NCBI GenBank assembly: GCA_964016885.1
Contig: OZ024753.1
Span: 14,012,001-14,076,000, forward strand
Direction: 5' to 3'
DNA length: 64,000 nt
Source of the DNA: Eledone cirrhosa
Lineage: Eukaryota
Numbering within the stretch: the stretch's first letter is position 1; every line of letters starts with the position of its first letter. The notes below the pieces were generated by a model. It was not told the DNA's origin, did no database searches, and saw only the letters and a list, made by a program, of their open reading frames with translations. Shown here piece by piece: positions 1 to 13,422 of the stretch. The position numbers were made by a program, and so were the translations under genes.

Positions 1-252
1 ATGTAGGTGTCACGACAAAAGCACCCAGTCCACACTGTAAAGTGGTCGAGTTGGTGACACGATAAAAAGCACATAGTCAACGCTGTAAAGAAGGTTGGCA
101 CTAGGAAGGGCATCCTGCTGTAGAAACCAGGCCAAAATCTGTTCTGTGTGAGCTAAACATCCTCCTCTGATCTGGCTTGTCTCACAACAGTACCGCTTGT
201 CTAACCCATGCTAGCATGGAAAATGGACGTTAAATAATGAGGATGATGATGA
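1..252 (+). mobile_element. 3' UTR/tail of RTE LINE family B (or SINE sharing it)
   Basis: Same sub-repeats, 'ggttggcactaggaagggcatcc' block and ...catggaaaatggacgttaaa-(GAT)n end as the RTE 3' UTR at 32340-32597. Confidence 0.75.
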
Positions 253-624
253 TATATATCATCATCATTGTCGTCGTTTAATGTCCACATTCCTCACTAG
301 CATAGGTTAGACTGTTGGGATGTCCTGAAAGTTAGAAGGGAGTGGGCACTCAAAGCAAAAATTTACATATTTTTTTAGTCCACTCCCTTCCACCCAAAAT
401 TACCTCAGAAATGTTATCTTTTAATCAATTTTTGCTGTCTGATGAAATCACGATGTCTACCATTGAAATACGTTTAACGGCTCAATTAATAAAAGACCCT
501 AACATCTTCAACTTCGCATTTTCCTCTTTATTAGTATACTCCTTCATCCTTGTTTTTAGGAAGTAGTATGACGTTGAGTGCTAGAAGTGAATTGCATCCC
601 TATATACCGAATATATATATATTT

Positions 625-936
625 ACTCAGCTGTAGAAATGAGATGATAGGGACTGGGGACCCTATCATTCCACTGCAAAGTGGTCGTGGAGGTGTCAGG
701 GCAAAAAAAGCACCCAGCACCCACTGTAAAGTGGACGTGTGGGTACCACGGAAAAAAAGCACCCAGCACTCACTGTAAAGTGGATGTGTAGGGGCCACAG
801 AAAAAAAGCACCCAGCACTCACTGTAAATGAGGTTGGTGTTACTGTAGAAATCAAGCCAGAATCAGTTCCTGTCCCACCCTTGCAAACAGGGAAAAGCAG
901 ACGTAAAATGATGATGGTGATGACGATGATGATGAT
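625..936 (+). mobile_element. 5'-truncated SINE family B
   Basis: Matches full copies (e.g. 30573-30912) from 'ttactcagctgtagaaatgag' to the (GAT)n tail. Confidence 0.85.
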
Positions 937-1065
937 ATCACCATTTTATATCTCTTTTCCACACTGGCATGGGTTAGACTGGTTGCTACGGGGTCTGAAA
1001 CTTGACATGTCGGAGCAACCAATTTTGCTTCTGGCATTCCTTATTTAGCATGGGTTTCACAGCAG

Positions 1066-4000
1066 ATGCCCTTCCTAACACCAACCACCTTACAAGCTAT
1101 GCTGGGTGGCTAAAATGCCCTTCCTAACACCAACCACCTTACAGGCTGTACTGGGTGGCTTAAATGCTCATCTTAACACCAACCACCTCACAGGCTATGT
1201 TGGGTGGGTTAAATGCCCTTCCTAACACCAACCACCTTACAGGCTGTACTGGGTGGGTTAAATGCCCTTCTTAACACCAACCACCTTACAAGTTATGCTG
1301 GGTGGGTTAAATGCTCATCTTAACACCAACCACCTTACAGGCTGTACTGGGTGGGTTAAATGCTCATCTTAACACCAACCACCTCACAGGCTGTACTGGG
1401 TGGGTTAAATGCTCATCTTAACACCAACCACCTCACAGGCTGTACTTGGTGAGTTAAATGCCCTTCCTAACACCAACCACCTTACAGGCTGTACTGGGTG
1501 GGTTAAATGCCCTTCTTAACACCAACCACCTTACAAGCTATGCTGGGTGGCTTAAATGCCCTTCCTAACACCAACCACCTTACAGGCTGTACTGGGTGGG
1601 TTAAATGCTCATCTTAACACCAACCACCTTACAGGCTGTACTTGGTGAGTTAAATGCCCTTCCTAACACCAACCACCTTACAGGCTGTACTGGGTGGGTT
1701 AAATGCCCTTCCTAACACCAACCACCTTACAGGCTGTACTGGGTGGGTTAAATGCTCATCTTAACACCAACCACCTTACAGGCTGTACTTGGTGAGTTAA
1801 ATGCCCTTCCTAACACCAACCACCTTACAGGCTGTACTGGGTGGGTTAAATGCCCTTCCTAACACCAACCACCTTACAGGCTGTACTGGGTGGGTTAAAT
1901 GCTCATCTTAACACCAACCACCTTACAGGCTGTACTTGGTGAGTTAAATGCCCTTCCTAACACCAACCACCTTACAGGCTGTACTGGGTGGGTTAAATGC
2001 CCTTCCTAACACCAACCACCTTACAGGCTGTACTGGGTGGGTTAAATGCCCTTCCTAACACCAACCACCTTACAGGCTGTACTGGGTGGGTTAAATGCCC
2101 TTCCTAACACCAACCACCTCACAGGCTATACTGGGTGGGTTAAATGCCCTTCCTAACACCAACCATCTTACAGGCTGTACTGGGTGGGTTAAATGCCCTT
2201 CCTAACACCAACCACCTCAAGGCTGTACTGGGTGGGTTAAATGCCCTTCCTAACACCAACCACCTCACAGGCTATACTGGGTGGGTTAAATGCTCTTCTT
2301 AACACCAACCACCTTACAGGCTGTACTGGGTGGGTTAAATGCCCTTCCTAACACCAACCATCTTACAGGCTGTACTGGGTGGGTTAAATGCTCTTCTTAA
2401 CACCAACCACCTCACAGGCTATACTGGGTGGGTTAAATGCTCTTCTTAACACCAACCACCTTACAGGCTGTACTGGGTGGGTTAAATGCCCTTCCTAACA
2501 CCAACCACCTTACAGGCTGTACTGGGTGGGTTAAATACCCTTCCTAACACCAACCACCTCACAGGCTGTACTGGGTGGGTTAAATGCTCTTCTTAACACC
2601 AACCACCTTACAGGCTATGCTGGGTGGCTTAAATGCCCTTCCTAACACCAACCACCTTACAGGCTGTACTGGGTGGGTTAAATGCTCTTCTTAACACCAA
2701 CCACCTTACAGGCTGTACTGGGTGGGTTAAATGCCCTTCCTAACACCAACCATCTTACAGGCTGTACTGGGTGGGTTAAATGCTCTTCTTAACACCAACC
2801 ACCTTACAGGCTGTACTGGGTGGGTTAAATGCTCATCTTAACACCAACCACCTTACAGGCTGTACTTGGTGAGTTAAATGCCCTTCCTAACACCAACCAC
2901 CTTACAGGCTGTACTGGGTGGGTTAAATGCCCTTCTTAACACCAACCACCTTACAAGCTATGCTGGGTGGCTTAAATGCCCTTCCTAACACCAACCACCT
3001 TACAGGCTGTACTGGGTGGGTTAAATGCTCATCTTAACACCAACCACCTTACAGGCTGTACTTGGTGAGTTAAATGCCCTTCCTAACACCAACCACCTTA
3101 CAGGCTGTACTGGGTGGGTTAAATGCCCTTCCTAACACCAACCACCTTACAGGCTGTACTGGGTGGGTTAAATGCCCTTCCTAACACCAACCACCTTACA
3201 GGCTGTACTGGGTGGGTTAAATGCCCTTCCTAACACCAACCACCTTACAGGCTGTACTGGGTGGGTTAAATGCTCATCTTAACACCAACCACCTTACAGG
3301 CTGTACTTGGTGAGTTAAATGCCCTTCCTAACACCAACCACCTTACAGGCTGTACTGGGTGGGTTAAATGCCCTTCCTAACACCAACCACCTTACAGGCT
3401 GTACTGGGTGGGTTAAATGCCCTTCCTAACACCAACCACCTTACAGGCTGTACTGGGTGGGTTAAATGCCCTTCCTAACACCAACCACCTTACAGGCTGT
3501 ACTGGGTGGGTTAAATGCTCATCTTAACACCAACCACCTTACAGGCTGTACTTGGTGAGTTAAATGCCCTTCCTAACACCAACCACCTTACAGGCTGTAC
3601 TGGGTGGGTTAAATGCCCTTCCTAACACCAACCACCTTACAGGCTGTACTGGGTGAGTTAAATGCCCTTCCTAACACCAACCACCTTACAGGCTGTACTG
3701 GGTGGGTTAAATGCCCTTCCTAACACCAACCACCTTACAGGCTGTACTGGGTGGGTTAAATGCTCATCTTAACACCAACCACCTTACAGGCTGTACTTGG
3801 TGAGTTAAATGCCCTTCCTAACACCAACCACCTTACAGGCTGTACTGGGTGGGTTAAATGCCCTTCCTAACACCAACCACCTTACAGGCTGTACTGGGTG
3901 GGTTAAATGCCCTTCCTAACACCAACCACCTTACAGGCTGTACTGGGTGGGTTAAATGCCCTTCCTAACACCAACCACCTCACAGGCTATACTGGGTGGG

Positions 4001-6008
4001 TTAAATGCCCTTCCTAACACCAACCATCTTACAGGCTGTACTGGGTGGGTTAAATGCCCTTCCTAACACCAACCACCTCACAGGCTGTACTGGGTGGGTT
4101 AAATGCCCTTCCTAACACCAACCACCTCACAGGCTATACTGGGTGGGTTAAATGCTCTTCTTAACACCAACCACCTTACAGGCTGTACTGGGTGGGTTAA
4201 ATGCCCTTCCTAACACCAACCATCTTACAGGCTGTACTGGGTGGGTTAAATGCTCTTCTTAACACCAACCACCTTACAGGCTATGCTGGGTGGCTTAAAT
4301 GCCCTTCCTAACACCAACCACCTTACAGGCTGTACTGGGTGGGTTAAATGCTCTTCTTAACACCAACCACCTTACAGGCTATGCTGGGTGGCTTAAATGC
4401 CCTTCCTAACACCAACCACCTTACAGGCTGTACTGGGTGGGTTAAATGCCCTTCCTAACACCAACCACCTCACAGGCTGTACTGGGTGGGTTAAATGCTC
4501 TTCTTAACACCAACCACCTTACAGGCTATGCTGGGTGGCTTAAATGCCCTTCCTAACACCAACCACCTTACATGCTGTACTGGGTGGGTTAAATGCCCTT
4601 CCTAACACCAACCATCTTACAGGCTGTACTGGGTGGGTTAAATGCTCTTCTTAACACCAACCACCTTACAGGCTATGCTGGGTGGCTTAAATGCCCTTCC
4701 TAACACCAACAACCTTACAGGCTGTACTGGGTGGGTTAAATGCCCTTCCTAACACCAACCACCTCACAGGCTATGCTGGGTGGGTTAAATGCCCTTCCTA
4801 ACACCAACCACCTTACAGGCTGTACTGGGTGGGTTAAATGCTCTTCTTAACACCAACCACCTTACAGGCTGTACTGGGTGGATTAAATGCCCTTGCTAAC
4901 ACCAACCACCTTACAGGTTGTACTGGGTGGGTTAAATGCCCTTCCTAACACCAACCACCTCACAGGCTATGCTGGGTGGGTTAAATGCCCTTCCTAACAC
5001 CAACCACCTCACAGGCTATGCTGGGTGGGTTAAATGCCCTTCCTAACACCAACCACCTTACAGGCTATGCTGGGTGGGTTAAATGCCCTTCCTAACACCA
5101 ACCACCTCACAGGCTGTACTGGGTGGGTTAAATGCCCTTCTTAACACCAACCACCTTACAGGCTGTACTGGGTGGGTTAAATGCCCTTCCTAACACCAAC
5201 CACCTCACAGGCTATGCTGGGTGGGTTAAATGCCCTTCCTAACACCAACCACCTTACAGGCTGTACTGGGTGGGTTAAATGCTCTTCTTAACACCAACCA
5301 CCTTACAGGCTGTACTGGGTGGATTAAATGCCCTTGCTAACACCAACCACCTTACAGGCTGTACTGGGTGGGTTAAATGCCCTTCCTAACACCAACCACC
5401 TCACAGGCTATGCTGGGTGGGTTAAATGCCCTTCCTAACACCAACCACCTTACAGGCTGTACTGGGTGGGTTAAATGCTCTTCTTAACACCAACCACCTT
5501 ACAGGCTGTACTGGGTGGATTAAATGCCCTTGCTAACACCAACCACCTTACAGGCTGTACTGGGTGGATTAAATGCCCTTGCTAACACCAACCAACTTAC
5601 AGGTTGTACTGGGTGGGTTAAATGCCCTTCCTAACACCAACCACCTTACAGGCTGTACTTGGTGAGTTAAATGCCCTTCCTAACCCCCATCACCTTACAG
5701 GCTGTACTGGGTGGGTTAAATACCCTTCTTAACACCAACCACATTACAGGCTGTACTTGGTGAGTTAAATGCCCTTCCTAACACCAACCACCTTACAGGC
5801 AGTACTGGGTGGGTTAAATGCCCTTCTTAACACCAACCACCTTATAGGCTATGCTGGGTGAGTTAAATGCCCTTCTTAACACCAACCACCTCCCAGGCTG
5901 TAATGGGGGGGTTAAATGCCCTTCCTAACACCAACCACCTCACAGGTTATGTTGGGTGGGTTAAATGCCCTTCTTAACACCAACCACCTTACAGGCTGTA
6001 CTGGGTGC
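1066..6008. repeat. 49-bp minisatellite, about 100 copies, derived from RTE/SINE 3' UTR
   Basis: Unit aatgcccttcctaacaccaaccaccttacaggctgtactgggtgggtta; embedded in a minus-strand TE tail that starts at ~937 and resumes at ~6008. Confidence 0.97.
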
Positions 6009-6295
6009 ATTTTTCGTGACACCAGCTCAAAAGAGGTTGTCACATGCGATACCAGACTAGAGAGTCCTTTCCAATTCTATATTCTCTTCAATTGATTTTG
6101 ATTCCCAAACTTTGTAGCTTCTGGCCTCTCACCATGTTTACTTTTAGTAGGGACATGTCTAACATTATGTCATGTCACTACATAGTTTCATCCTGTCTTA
6201 TCTTTGTGAGTTTCCTTGAAGTCCTTCTTCACAATTTCACCCACTCTCCCATATTTTATTTAGTCACTCTCTACCGCATGTTCCACCCACCTCAT

Positions 6296-6497
6296 ACACG
6301 AGGGTAGGGTGAAATGTTTATAGACTGACCAAGATACTCTCATGGAATGACCAAAGGAGGTTTATTTTTCAACATAGTCCCTGTAAAGAAACAAAGCAGT
6401 TTTTAATAAGAAGAGTTGAAATTAATGCATGCAAGATTTCACAGCTCTAGCATCATTCCTTCATAGTCAACCTATGAACTTTTTAGTCCATTCTCCT
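6296..6497. mobile_element. Degenerate mariner-type MITE
   Basis: Imperfect TIRs 'gagggtagggtgaaatgtttatagactgac' / 'gtcaacctatgaactttttagtccattctc'. Confidence 0.5.
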
Positions 6498-6726
6498 GTG
6501 TTATTAGAAAACATGCTTGCTTTTCTTTCTTTCTTTAAAAGCCACCACAACCCACATAAACTGAATAATAGTAAAATAAGTTGAGTAACATACTTCTGGA
6601 AATAGAAAGGGTATAGCTTGCATGAAATCATCTGTTAAACCATACATGTTATATACCAAACTGTCACTGATAATCATTACACCAAAGCTGTCCATGGCCA
6701 TGCCTTAATGTATATATATATATAGG

Positions 6727-7163
6727 TGAAGGTGCATGGCTTAGTGGTTAGAGCATTGGGCTTGCAATCGAAAGGTTGTGAGTTTAATTATCGGACCGGG
6801 TGATGTGTTGTTTCCTTGAGCAAGACACTTTATTTCACATTGCTCCAGTTTACTCAGCTGTAAAAATGAGATGATAGGACTGGGGTCCCTATCATTCCAT
6901 TGCGAACTGGTCATGGAGGTGCCACGGCAAAAAAGCACCCAGCCCACACTGTAAAGTAGACGTGTAGGCGCCATGGAAAAAAAGCACTCAGCACTCACTC
7001 TAAATGAGGTTGGTGTTAGGAAGGGCATCCAGCTGTAGAAATCAAGCCACAATCAGTTACCGTATGAGCAAGACAAGGTCAGCCGACCAGACACTGCCCA
7101 CAACAGGACAACGCGTCTAACCCATGCTAGCGTGGAAGAATGAACGTAAAACGGTGATGATGA

Positions 7164-7165
<2 letters not shown>
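6727..7165 (+). mobile_element. SINE family B with RTE-B-type tail
   Basis: tRNA-like head (A box tggcttagtgg, B-box-like gagtttaattatc), CORE-like ccttgagcaagacactt, tail 'ctaacccatgctagcgtggaagaatgaacgtaaaacgg(tga)n'. Confidence 0.85.
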
Positions 7166-7189
<24 letters not shown>

Positions 7190-7198
<9 letters not shown>

Positions 7199-8030
7199 AA
7201 GTGTTAAAACGATCAAATTTTAGTTTAGAACATTTATTAGCTGACAATTGTTTCTTCCAGAGGGAAGTCTGGAATCATTGGAGCCTTAGGACTGTCGAAA
7301 CATGTTAGTAAAATCCTAGTCATTTAGAACATTGAGGATACATAATTGTTGTTAGTGTCATAGGCATCATGTGGAGAGTCAGGAGTTAACAAGATGTTCT
7401 GCTTGAAAGAACACAATTACAGGCAGCACTGGTTGGAAGTGTAGTAGGTATAAGTAAAAGTAAAAAGCACAAGCAAAAAAACCACAAGCAAAAAGAACAC
7501 ATGCAAAAAAATTATAAGCAAGGACAATTGGTGTACAATGTAGTCAATTATATACAGTCAATACAGTCAATAAGGCATGTATGAGGAAAGAGTTATAATA
7601 CAGTTGAAGTAAACATATTTTGTGTGGGGTGTTAAAGCATGTTATAATTGTTATAAATGTTTAAGATAGTGTGCAATTTGTTAGAGAGGCATGTGGTGAT
7701 AATGTAGGTATTTGTTATGTAAGGTGTAATGTAAAGCACGTGATAGAGTTGGGTATGTGATTTTCATTTAAGTATTTTTGTGTTGTAGTTCGTATTTATG
7801 TGTATATGTTGTTTGTTACTCACAGCTATTAACCATGAGATTATTTTGAGTCGTTTATAGTCAATAGGTGTTTGTTTGTTAAATGTAAATTCCGCCGAAT
7901 TACAGGCCATGTTGTTATTTTAGGTATATTATTTTATGCATTTTTTATCTACAAATTATCTTTTCTAGGGTTTGTATTAACTATTATTAAGCTGTTGGTA
8001 AACCGTTATGTTGCTCAATTTTATAAGTTT
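7190..8030 (-). mobile_element. Decayed Penelope-like element 3' region with degenerate hammerhead
   Basis: Minus strand near 7242-7287 reads CCAATGA-ttccaga/tctggaa-GAAAAcaattgTC; broken peptide RKDNL..NNIPKITTWPVIRRNLHL resembles PLE RT C-terminus (inference). Confidence 0.4.
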
Positions 8031-8074
8031 ATATATATATATATAAGTTTATATATATAAAATGTGTGTATATA

Positions 8075-8333
8075 TCATTGTCATCATCATCATTATTTTG
8101 CGTCCGCTTTTCCCTACTTGCAAGGGTGGGACGGATCCTATTCAGCACAGCATCTCTCCGTTGGTCATGGTCCTTCGTCATCTCCTCCATGAGCTTCAGT
8201 GATCTGAGATCAGCCCTCACCACTTCCGGCCATGATTTTCGTGGTCTTCCTCTACTGCGTCTTCCTTCCACTGGGATTTCTTGGCATGTCTTTACCCAGC
8301 GGTCATCTTCCATGTGCATCACATGTCCATACC
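8075..8333 (-). mobile_element. RTE LINE family A 3' fragment
   Basis: Encodes MEDDRWVK..GRRSRGRPRKSW..RPTLASREKRT then (GAT)n. Confidence 0.9.
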
Positions 8334-8352
8334 AATATATATATAGTATGTC

Positions 8353-8800
8353 AGATCGCTCTTGAGTGCTACTGATAACATATAACCCAGTACAACCTCT
8401 GTCTCATGATCGGGTTGCCGGCGACTAAACCAGCAACCCCACCAAGCTTGCTTGGTGAAGAGGGTGATATTTGGACACCCTGCGGGATGAAATACAAGAC
8501 CTGACAAAGGGCAGGGGAACTCAGCAGAGTCAACGACCATCCAAATAGTACTTTTTCTATTTACCTGGGAATTGAAAGGCCCCCAGTTGTTGTCACAACA
8601 CCTTTCTAAAAGGGAACTCTGAAAAAAAATAACCTGGGGCTTCGGAAGCATCCAATGATGTTGACCAGTTCTCCTTTTCAGGTAGTGTTATCGATACTCA
8701 GAGAGTGGGATTGGTCGAGTGTAAGTCCTTTCCCCACTTAAAAAAATCTTCAAAGCACAGACATTGCTTGTTCAGGATCTGTTACAGGTTCCTGTGGCTG
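8353..8800 (+). mobile_element. Probable RTE-type 5' UTR fragment
   Basis: GC-richer structured segment (gggttgccggcgactaaaccagcaaccc hairpin) flanked by TA runs; assignment by resemblance only. Confidence 0.35.
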
Positions 8801-9058
8801 CCATAGTCTAAAAGAACACCAAACTCTATAATCTGATAAGCAATTGCAATATTCTTAGCAGAGTTTGCAGCCATCACATATATATATACACACATATATA
8901 AATATATTTATATATATGCATGTGTGTGTGTATATATATATATACATATATATCCAGGGAGTGTAACGCGAGGTTACTGTAGGTTCACCCGGGTGAGCAC
9001 TCGATGTTTAGGTTCATGTCAGCATCGAGGTGTAGAGCTAGACAGAGTGTAATATAAT

Positions 9059-9243
9059 TGTTTCTACTTTTAGGCACAAGGCCAGCAATTACCCAGTGCA
9101 TTACTGGTACTTTATTTTATCGACCCCGTAAGGATGAAAGGCAAAGTCAACCTCGGCCGGATTTGAACTCAGATCGTAAAGGGACGTAACTATGCTGGAA
9201 AGCATGGCGTCCGACCCTCTACCGATACTGCCAATCCACCGCC
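9059..9243 (-). mobile_element. SINE family A, full length with 16-bp TSD
   Basis: A box tggcagtatcgg, B box gttcaaatc, conserved 'gcctttcatccttacggggtcgataaaataaagtaccag' (Meta/MESC-like domain); TSD cagagtgtaatataat at 9043 and 9244. Confidence 0.9.
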
Positions 9244-9264
9244 CAGAGTGTAATATAATAATAT

Positions 9265-9536
9265 ATGGATGAATGGTTAAGCCTTCATTATGTTTATTGG
9301 TTGGTGACACGTGTTTCACTATTGATCAGCTCAAGGTTTGATCTGTATCGATCTGGCCCGACTCTGGAATAAAAAAAACTCATTGGACCTCTGTTGTCAT
9401 TACAACACCAGAGGTCCGACAAGCTTTTGATTGCAGAGTCAGACCAGATCAATACAGATTAAACCTTGAGCTCATCAATAGCGAAATGCACGTCACCAAT
9501 CAACAAACGTAATGAAGGCATAACCATTCACCCTTG

Positions 9537-9540
<4 letters not shown>
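9265..9540. repeat. Fold-back inverted repeat (Penelope-like derived)
   Basis: Arms of ~125 bp pair imperfectly around ~9400; left arm carries GAAACacgtGTC on the minus strand. Confidence 0.8.
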
Positions 9541-9567
<27 letters not shown>

Positions 9568-9757
9568 GGCGGTAGATTGGCAGTATCGGTAGAGGGTCTG
9601 ACACCATGCTTTGCAGTAAAGAGTTACGGCCCTTTATGGTCTGAGTTCAAATCCCGCCCAGGTTAATTTTGCCTTTCATCCTTACAGGGTCGATAAAATA
9701 AAGTACCAGTAATACACTGAGATAATTGGTGGCCTTGTGCCAAAAGTAGAACCAATT
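9568..9757 (+). mobile_element. SINE family A
   Basis: Full head-to-tail match to other family A copies; sits in a (TA)n tract. Confidence 0.88.
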
Positions 9758-10216
9758 ATATATATATATATATATATATAAATATATGAATAAAAAATTT
9801 GGGTGGAGACAGGAAAATGAACAAATACAGTGCCATCTCATCTGTCTACCGTGGGAGATATGTTATTTAAATATATATATATATATACATACACACATAC
9901 ACATTGTATTGATCTAAACTCCCCTTATATCGTCATGGTAATTGTAGTTTTAATGCAGCACACACAAACCTTATCTTAATGTATATATACACAATGAACC
10001 TGTAGAATCTGATATTTTTGTTTTGTTCATTTAGACACCTGTTGTCATCTATACTCTTTATGTTTATTTCCTCTTCTTCCAATGAAAAACATACACACAA
10101 GCAGAAGATCATATAACTTTTATATCAAAAGAAATGTCTTCTCGCTTATATCAGGAAACAGCTCAGCTCCCATGACTTTCAGAAAACATTTTTTTGTGCT
10201 CAGAGTTGCTGAAGCA

Positions 10217-11191
10217 TGAAACAAACTACCTGCATCAGTTGTTAGCTGCCGAGACACTGCATCCTTTAAAACCTCAATGGAACAAACTACCTGCATCAGT
10301 TGTTAGCTGTCGAGACACCACATCCTTTAAAACCTCCATGAAACAAACTCCCTGCATCAGTTGTTAGCTATCAAGACACTGCATCCTTTAAAACCTCCAT
10401 GAAACAAACTACCTGCATAAGTTGTTAGCTGTTGAGACACTGCATCCTTTAAAACCTCCATGGAACAAACTACCTGCATCAGTTGTTAGCTGTCGAGACA
10501 CTGCATCCTTTAAAACATCCATGGAACAAACTACCTGCATCAGTTGTTAGCTGTCGAGACACAGCATCCTTTAAAACCTCCATGGAACAAACTACCTGCA
10601 TCAGTTGTTAGCTGTCGAGACACTGCATCCTTTAAAACCTCAATGGAACAAACTACCTGCATCAGTTGTTAGCTGTCGAGACACTGCATCCTTTAAAACC
10701 TCCATGGAACAAACTACCTGCATCAGTTGTTAGCTGTCGAGACACTGCATCCTTTAAAACCTCCATGGAACAAACTACCTGCATCAGTTGTTAGTTGCCA
10801 AGACACTGCTTCCTTTAAAACCTCCATGGAACAAACTACCTGCATCAGTTGTTAGCTGTCGAGACACTGCATCCTTTAAAACCTCCATGGAACAAACTAC
10901 CTGCATCAGTTGTTAGCTGTCGAGACACTGCATCCTTTAAAACCTCCATGGAACAAACTACCTGCATCAGTTGTTAGCTGTCGAGACACTGCATCCTTTA
11001 AAACCTCCATGGAACAAACTACCTGCATCAGTTGTTAGTTGCCAAGACACTGCTTCCTTTAAAACCTCCATGGAACAAACTACCTGCATCAGTTGTTAGC
11101 TGTCGAGACATTGCATCCTTTAAAACCTCCATGGAACAAACTACCTGCATCAGTTGTTAGCTGTCGAGACACAGCATCCTTTAAAACCTCC
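10217..11191. repeat. 61-bp minisatellite, about 16 copies
   Basis: Unit atggaacaaactacctgcatcagttgttagctgtcgagacactgcatcctttaaaacctcc. Confidence 0.96.
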
Positions 11192-11354
11192 ATTCTTCTC
11201 TAATTTCGTCAACACTACACCTGATAGTCCCTCTCCACACACGTGTGTGTGTGTCTGTGTGTATATCATCACTCATACACTGTTACACTGTTCACTTTTA
11301 TACATGCATCTTTGATGAGTTGTGATGCACCTGTACATAATTGTTATTATTATT

Positions 11355-11772
11355 AGAAGTATTGGTAGAGCGTCAGACACCATTCTTCGCAGTTACGGCC
11401 CTTTACTTTCTGAGTTCAAATCCTGCCACGGTTAACTTTGCCTTTCATCCTTACGGTAATGCACTGGGGATAATTGCTGACCTTGTGCCAAAAGTAAAAC
11501 ATGTCCCTTTACGATCTGAGTTCAAATCCTGCCGAGGTTGACTTTGCCTTTCATCCTTACGGGGTCGATAAAATAAAGTACCAGTAATGCACTGGGTAAT
11601 TGCTGGCCTTGTGCCTAATGTAGAAACAATTATTATTATAATATACGATCTGAGTTCAAATCCTGCCAAGGTTGACTTTGCCTTTCATCCTTACGGGGAT
11701 CGATGAAATAAAGTACCAGTAATGCACTGGGTAATTGTTGGCCTTGTGCCTAAAGTAGAAACAATTATTATT
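11355..11772 (+). mobile_element. Three tandem partial SINE family A copies
   Basis: Repeated 'tctgagttcaaatcctgcc...ccttgtgcc' blocks at ~11409, ~11515, ~11649. Confidence 0.85.
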
Positions 11773-11774
11773 AT

Positions 11775-12710
11775 AATATACATATATATGTATGTTTACA
11801 TAGATATGTATACGTTTACATATATATGTATACACATATATGTATATGTATACATATATATGTATATGTATATGTATACACATATATGTATATGTATACA
11901 TATATATGTATATGTATACATATATATGTATATGTATACACATATATGTATATGTATATGTATACACATATATGTATATGTATACACATTTGTATATGTA
12001 TACACATATATGTATATGTATACATATATATGTATATGTATATGTATACATACATAACAAGATGGCGTAGGACAGAACAAAGGAGAGGCACAAAAACAAA
12101 GAAAAGAATCCCCAGTCACTGAAGAGGTCACAGAATGTGTGACGAAAGAACTTTGACAATATATAAACAACCATCTGGTTGTGGAACCAACCAACCAACC
12201 GGAAATTTATAAATTCCTAAATTTATAAATTTATTATAATAAATTGAAGTGAAAGCAACTGGTGCGTGTGTTTCTTATTGGCAACATGACCCTCCCAAAG
12301 TATAACAATATATGTATATATATGTATGTGTATACATATACATATATATGTATATGTGTACATATATATGTATATATATATGTATATGTATACATATATA
12401 TGTATACATATATATGTATATGTATACTTATATATGTATATGTATACTTATATATGTATATGTATATAGGTATATATATGTATATGTATATAGGTATATA
12501 CATGTATACATATATAGGTATGTATATATACATATAACATAAATATGTATATATATACATATATATGTATACATATACATATCTATGTATACATATACAT
12601 ATCTATGTATACATATATATATATATGTATACATATACATATATATGTATACATATATATATATATACATATATATACATATACATATATATACATACCT
12701 ATATATACGT
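11775..12710. repeat. (TA)/(TATG)/(TACA) microsatellite field with an inserted element
   Basis: Direct inspection; source of the spurious Y/I/H/C ORFs. Confidence 0.95.
12115..12157 (+). ncRNA. Minimal type I hammerhead ribozyme motif
   Basis: gtca-CTGAAGA-g-gtcaca gaatg tgtgac-GAAA-gaac-TT-tgac; stem I gtca/tgac, 6-bp stem II; in the element (12058-12310) ending ccctcccaaagtataacaata. Confidence 0.6.
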
Positions 12711-12798
12711 CAGATAGAATGCTTTGTGATATATGTACTGGCTACAAAAGGCTTTTCCCTCAAAATGAAAGGCAGACTGTATGATGATGATGAGGATG

Positions 12799-12835
<37 letters not shown>

Positions 12836-12920
12836 CACGTTATTCCGGGTTGAATCGGAGGTAACCACAGTACGTAAGGTACTCAATACATAGCAGAGTA
12901 TAAAAGTTTTAATATAGATG

Positions 12921-12975
12921 AGATTCTACAGGACTAGAACGAACTGTTTCATTCTTTAGAAATCATCAGGAATCC
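12921..12975 (-). ncRNA. Type I hammerhead ribozyme motif
   Basis: Minus: ggattc-CTGATGA-tttctaaagaat-GAAA-cag...ctg-TA-gaatct; all three stems and a GUA site. Confidence 0.75.
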
Positions 12976-13023
<48 letters not shown>

Positions 13024-13127
13024 GTAAATTTGTATTCCAATGTTACTAAGTAGTTGCATTGGATGGAGTCAACCGACGTCAGAGATTGCTCAACGTATAA
13101 TAAAGTGTGTTTTAAAATCCGGAGAAA

Positions 13128-13422
13128 ATATGGAGAAGTTTATGAAACGGAAATGCGGGTATAAAGAATTTATTAGGTAACAATTGTTTCTATAGTGTAT
13201 GGGTTACCTATACCTCGCTATTTGAATAATATAAAAATATTATCATAAACCGAAGGTACACTGCAAGCAAACACATCATGTCATCAAACCTTTGTATTGG
13301 AATGATATGAAAATATTTTATTCAAATAGCGAGGTATAGGTAACCCATACACTATAGAAACAATTGTTACCTAATAAATTCTTTATACCCGCATTTCCGT
13401 TTCATAAACTTCTTCTCCATAT
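13128..13422. repeat. Fold-back inverted repeat with ~110-bp near-perfect arms
   Basis: 13135-13228 is the reverse complement of 13318-13412; arms contain GAAACaattGTT (hammerhead 3' half-like). Confidence 0.9.

Noticed and set aside
1066-6008. CRISPR-like array (also the 61-, 62-, 48- and 34-bp arrays)
   Set aside because: Units are contiguous with no unique spacers, there are no cas genes, and the context is eukaryotic
6504-6597. Minus-strand terminal exon (EVCYSTYFTIIQFMWVVVAFKERKKSKHVF*)
   Set aside because: Good acceptor (ctttctatttccag) but all three frames read as short plausible peptides and no partner exon could be fixed; left unresolved
11656-12893. Y/I/H/C-rich ORFs (also 37.7k, 41.2k, 42.9k, 63.0k)
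   Set aside because: Translations of dinucleotide/tetranucleotide microsatellites
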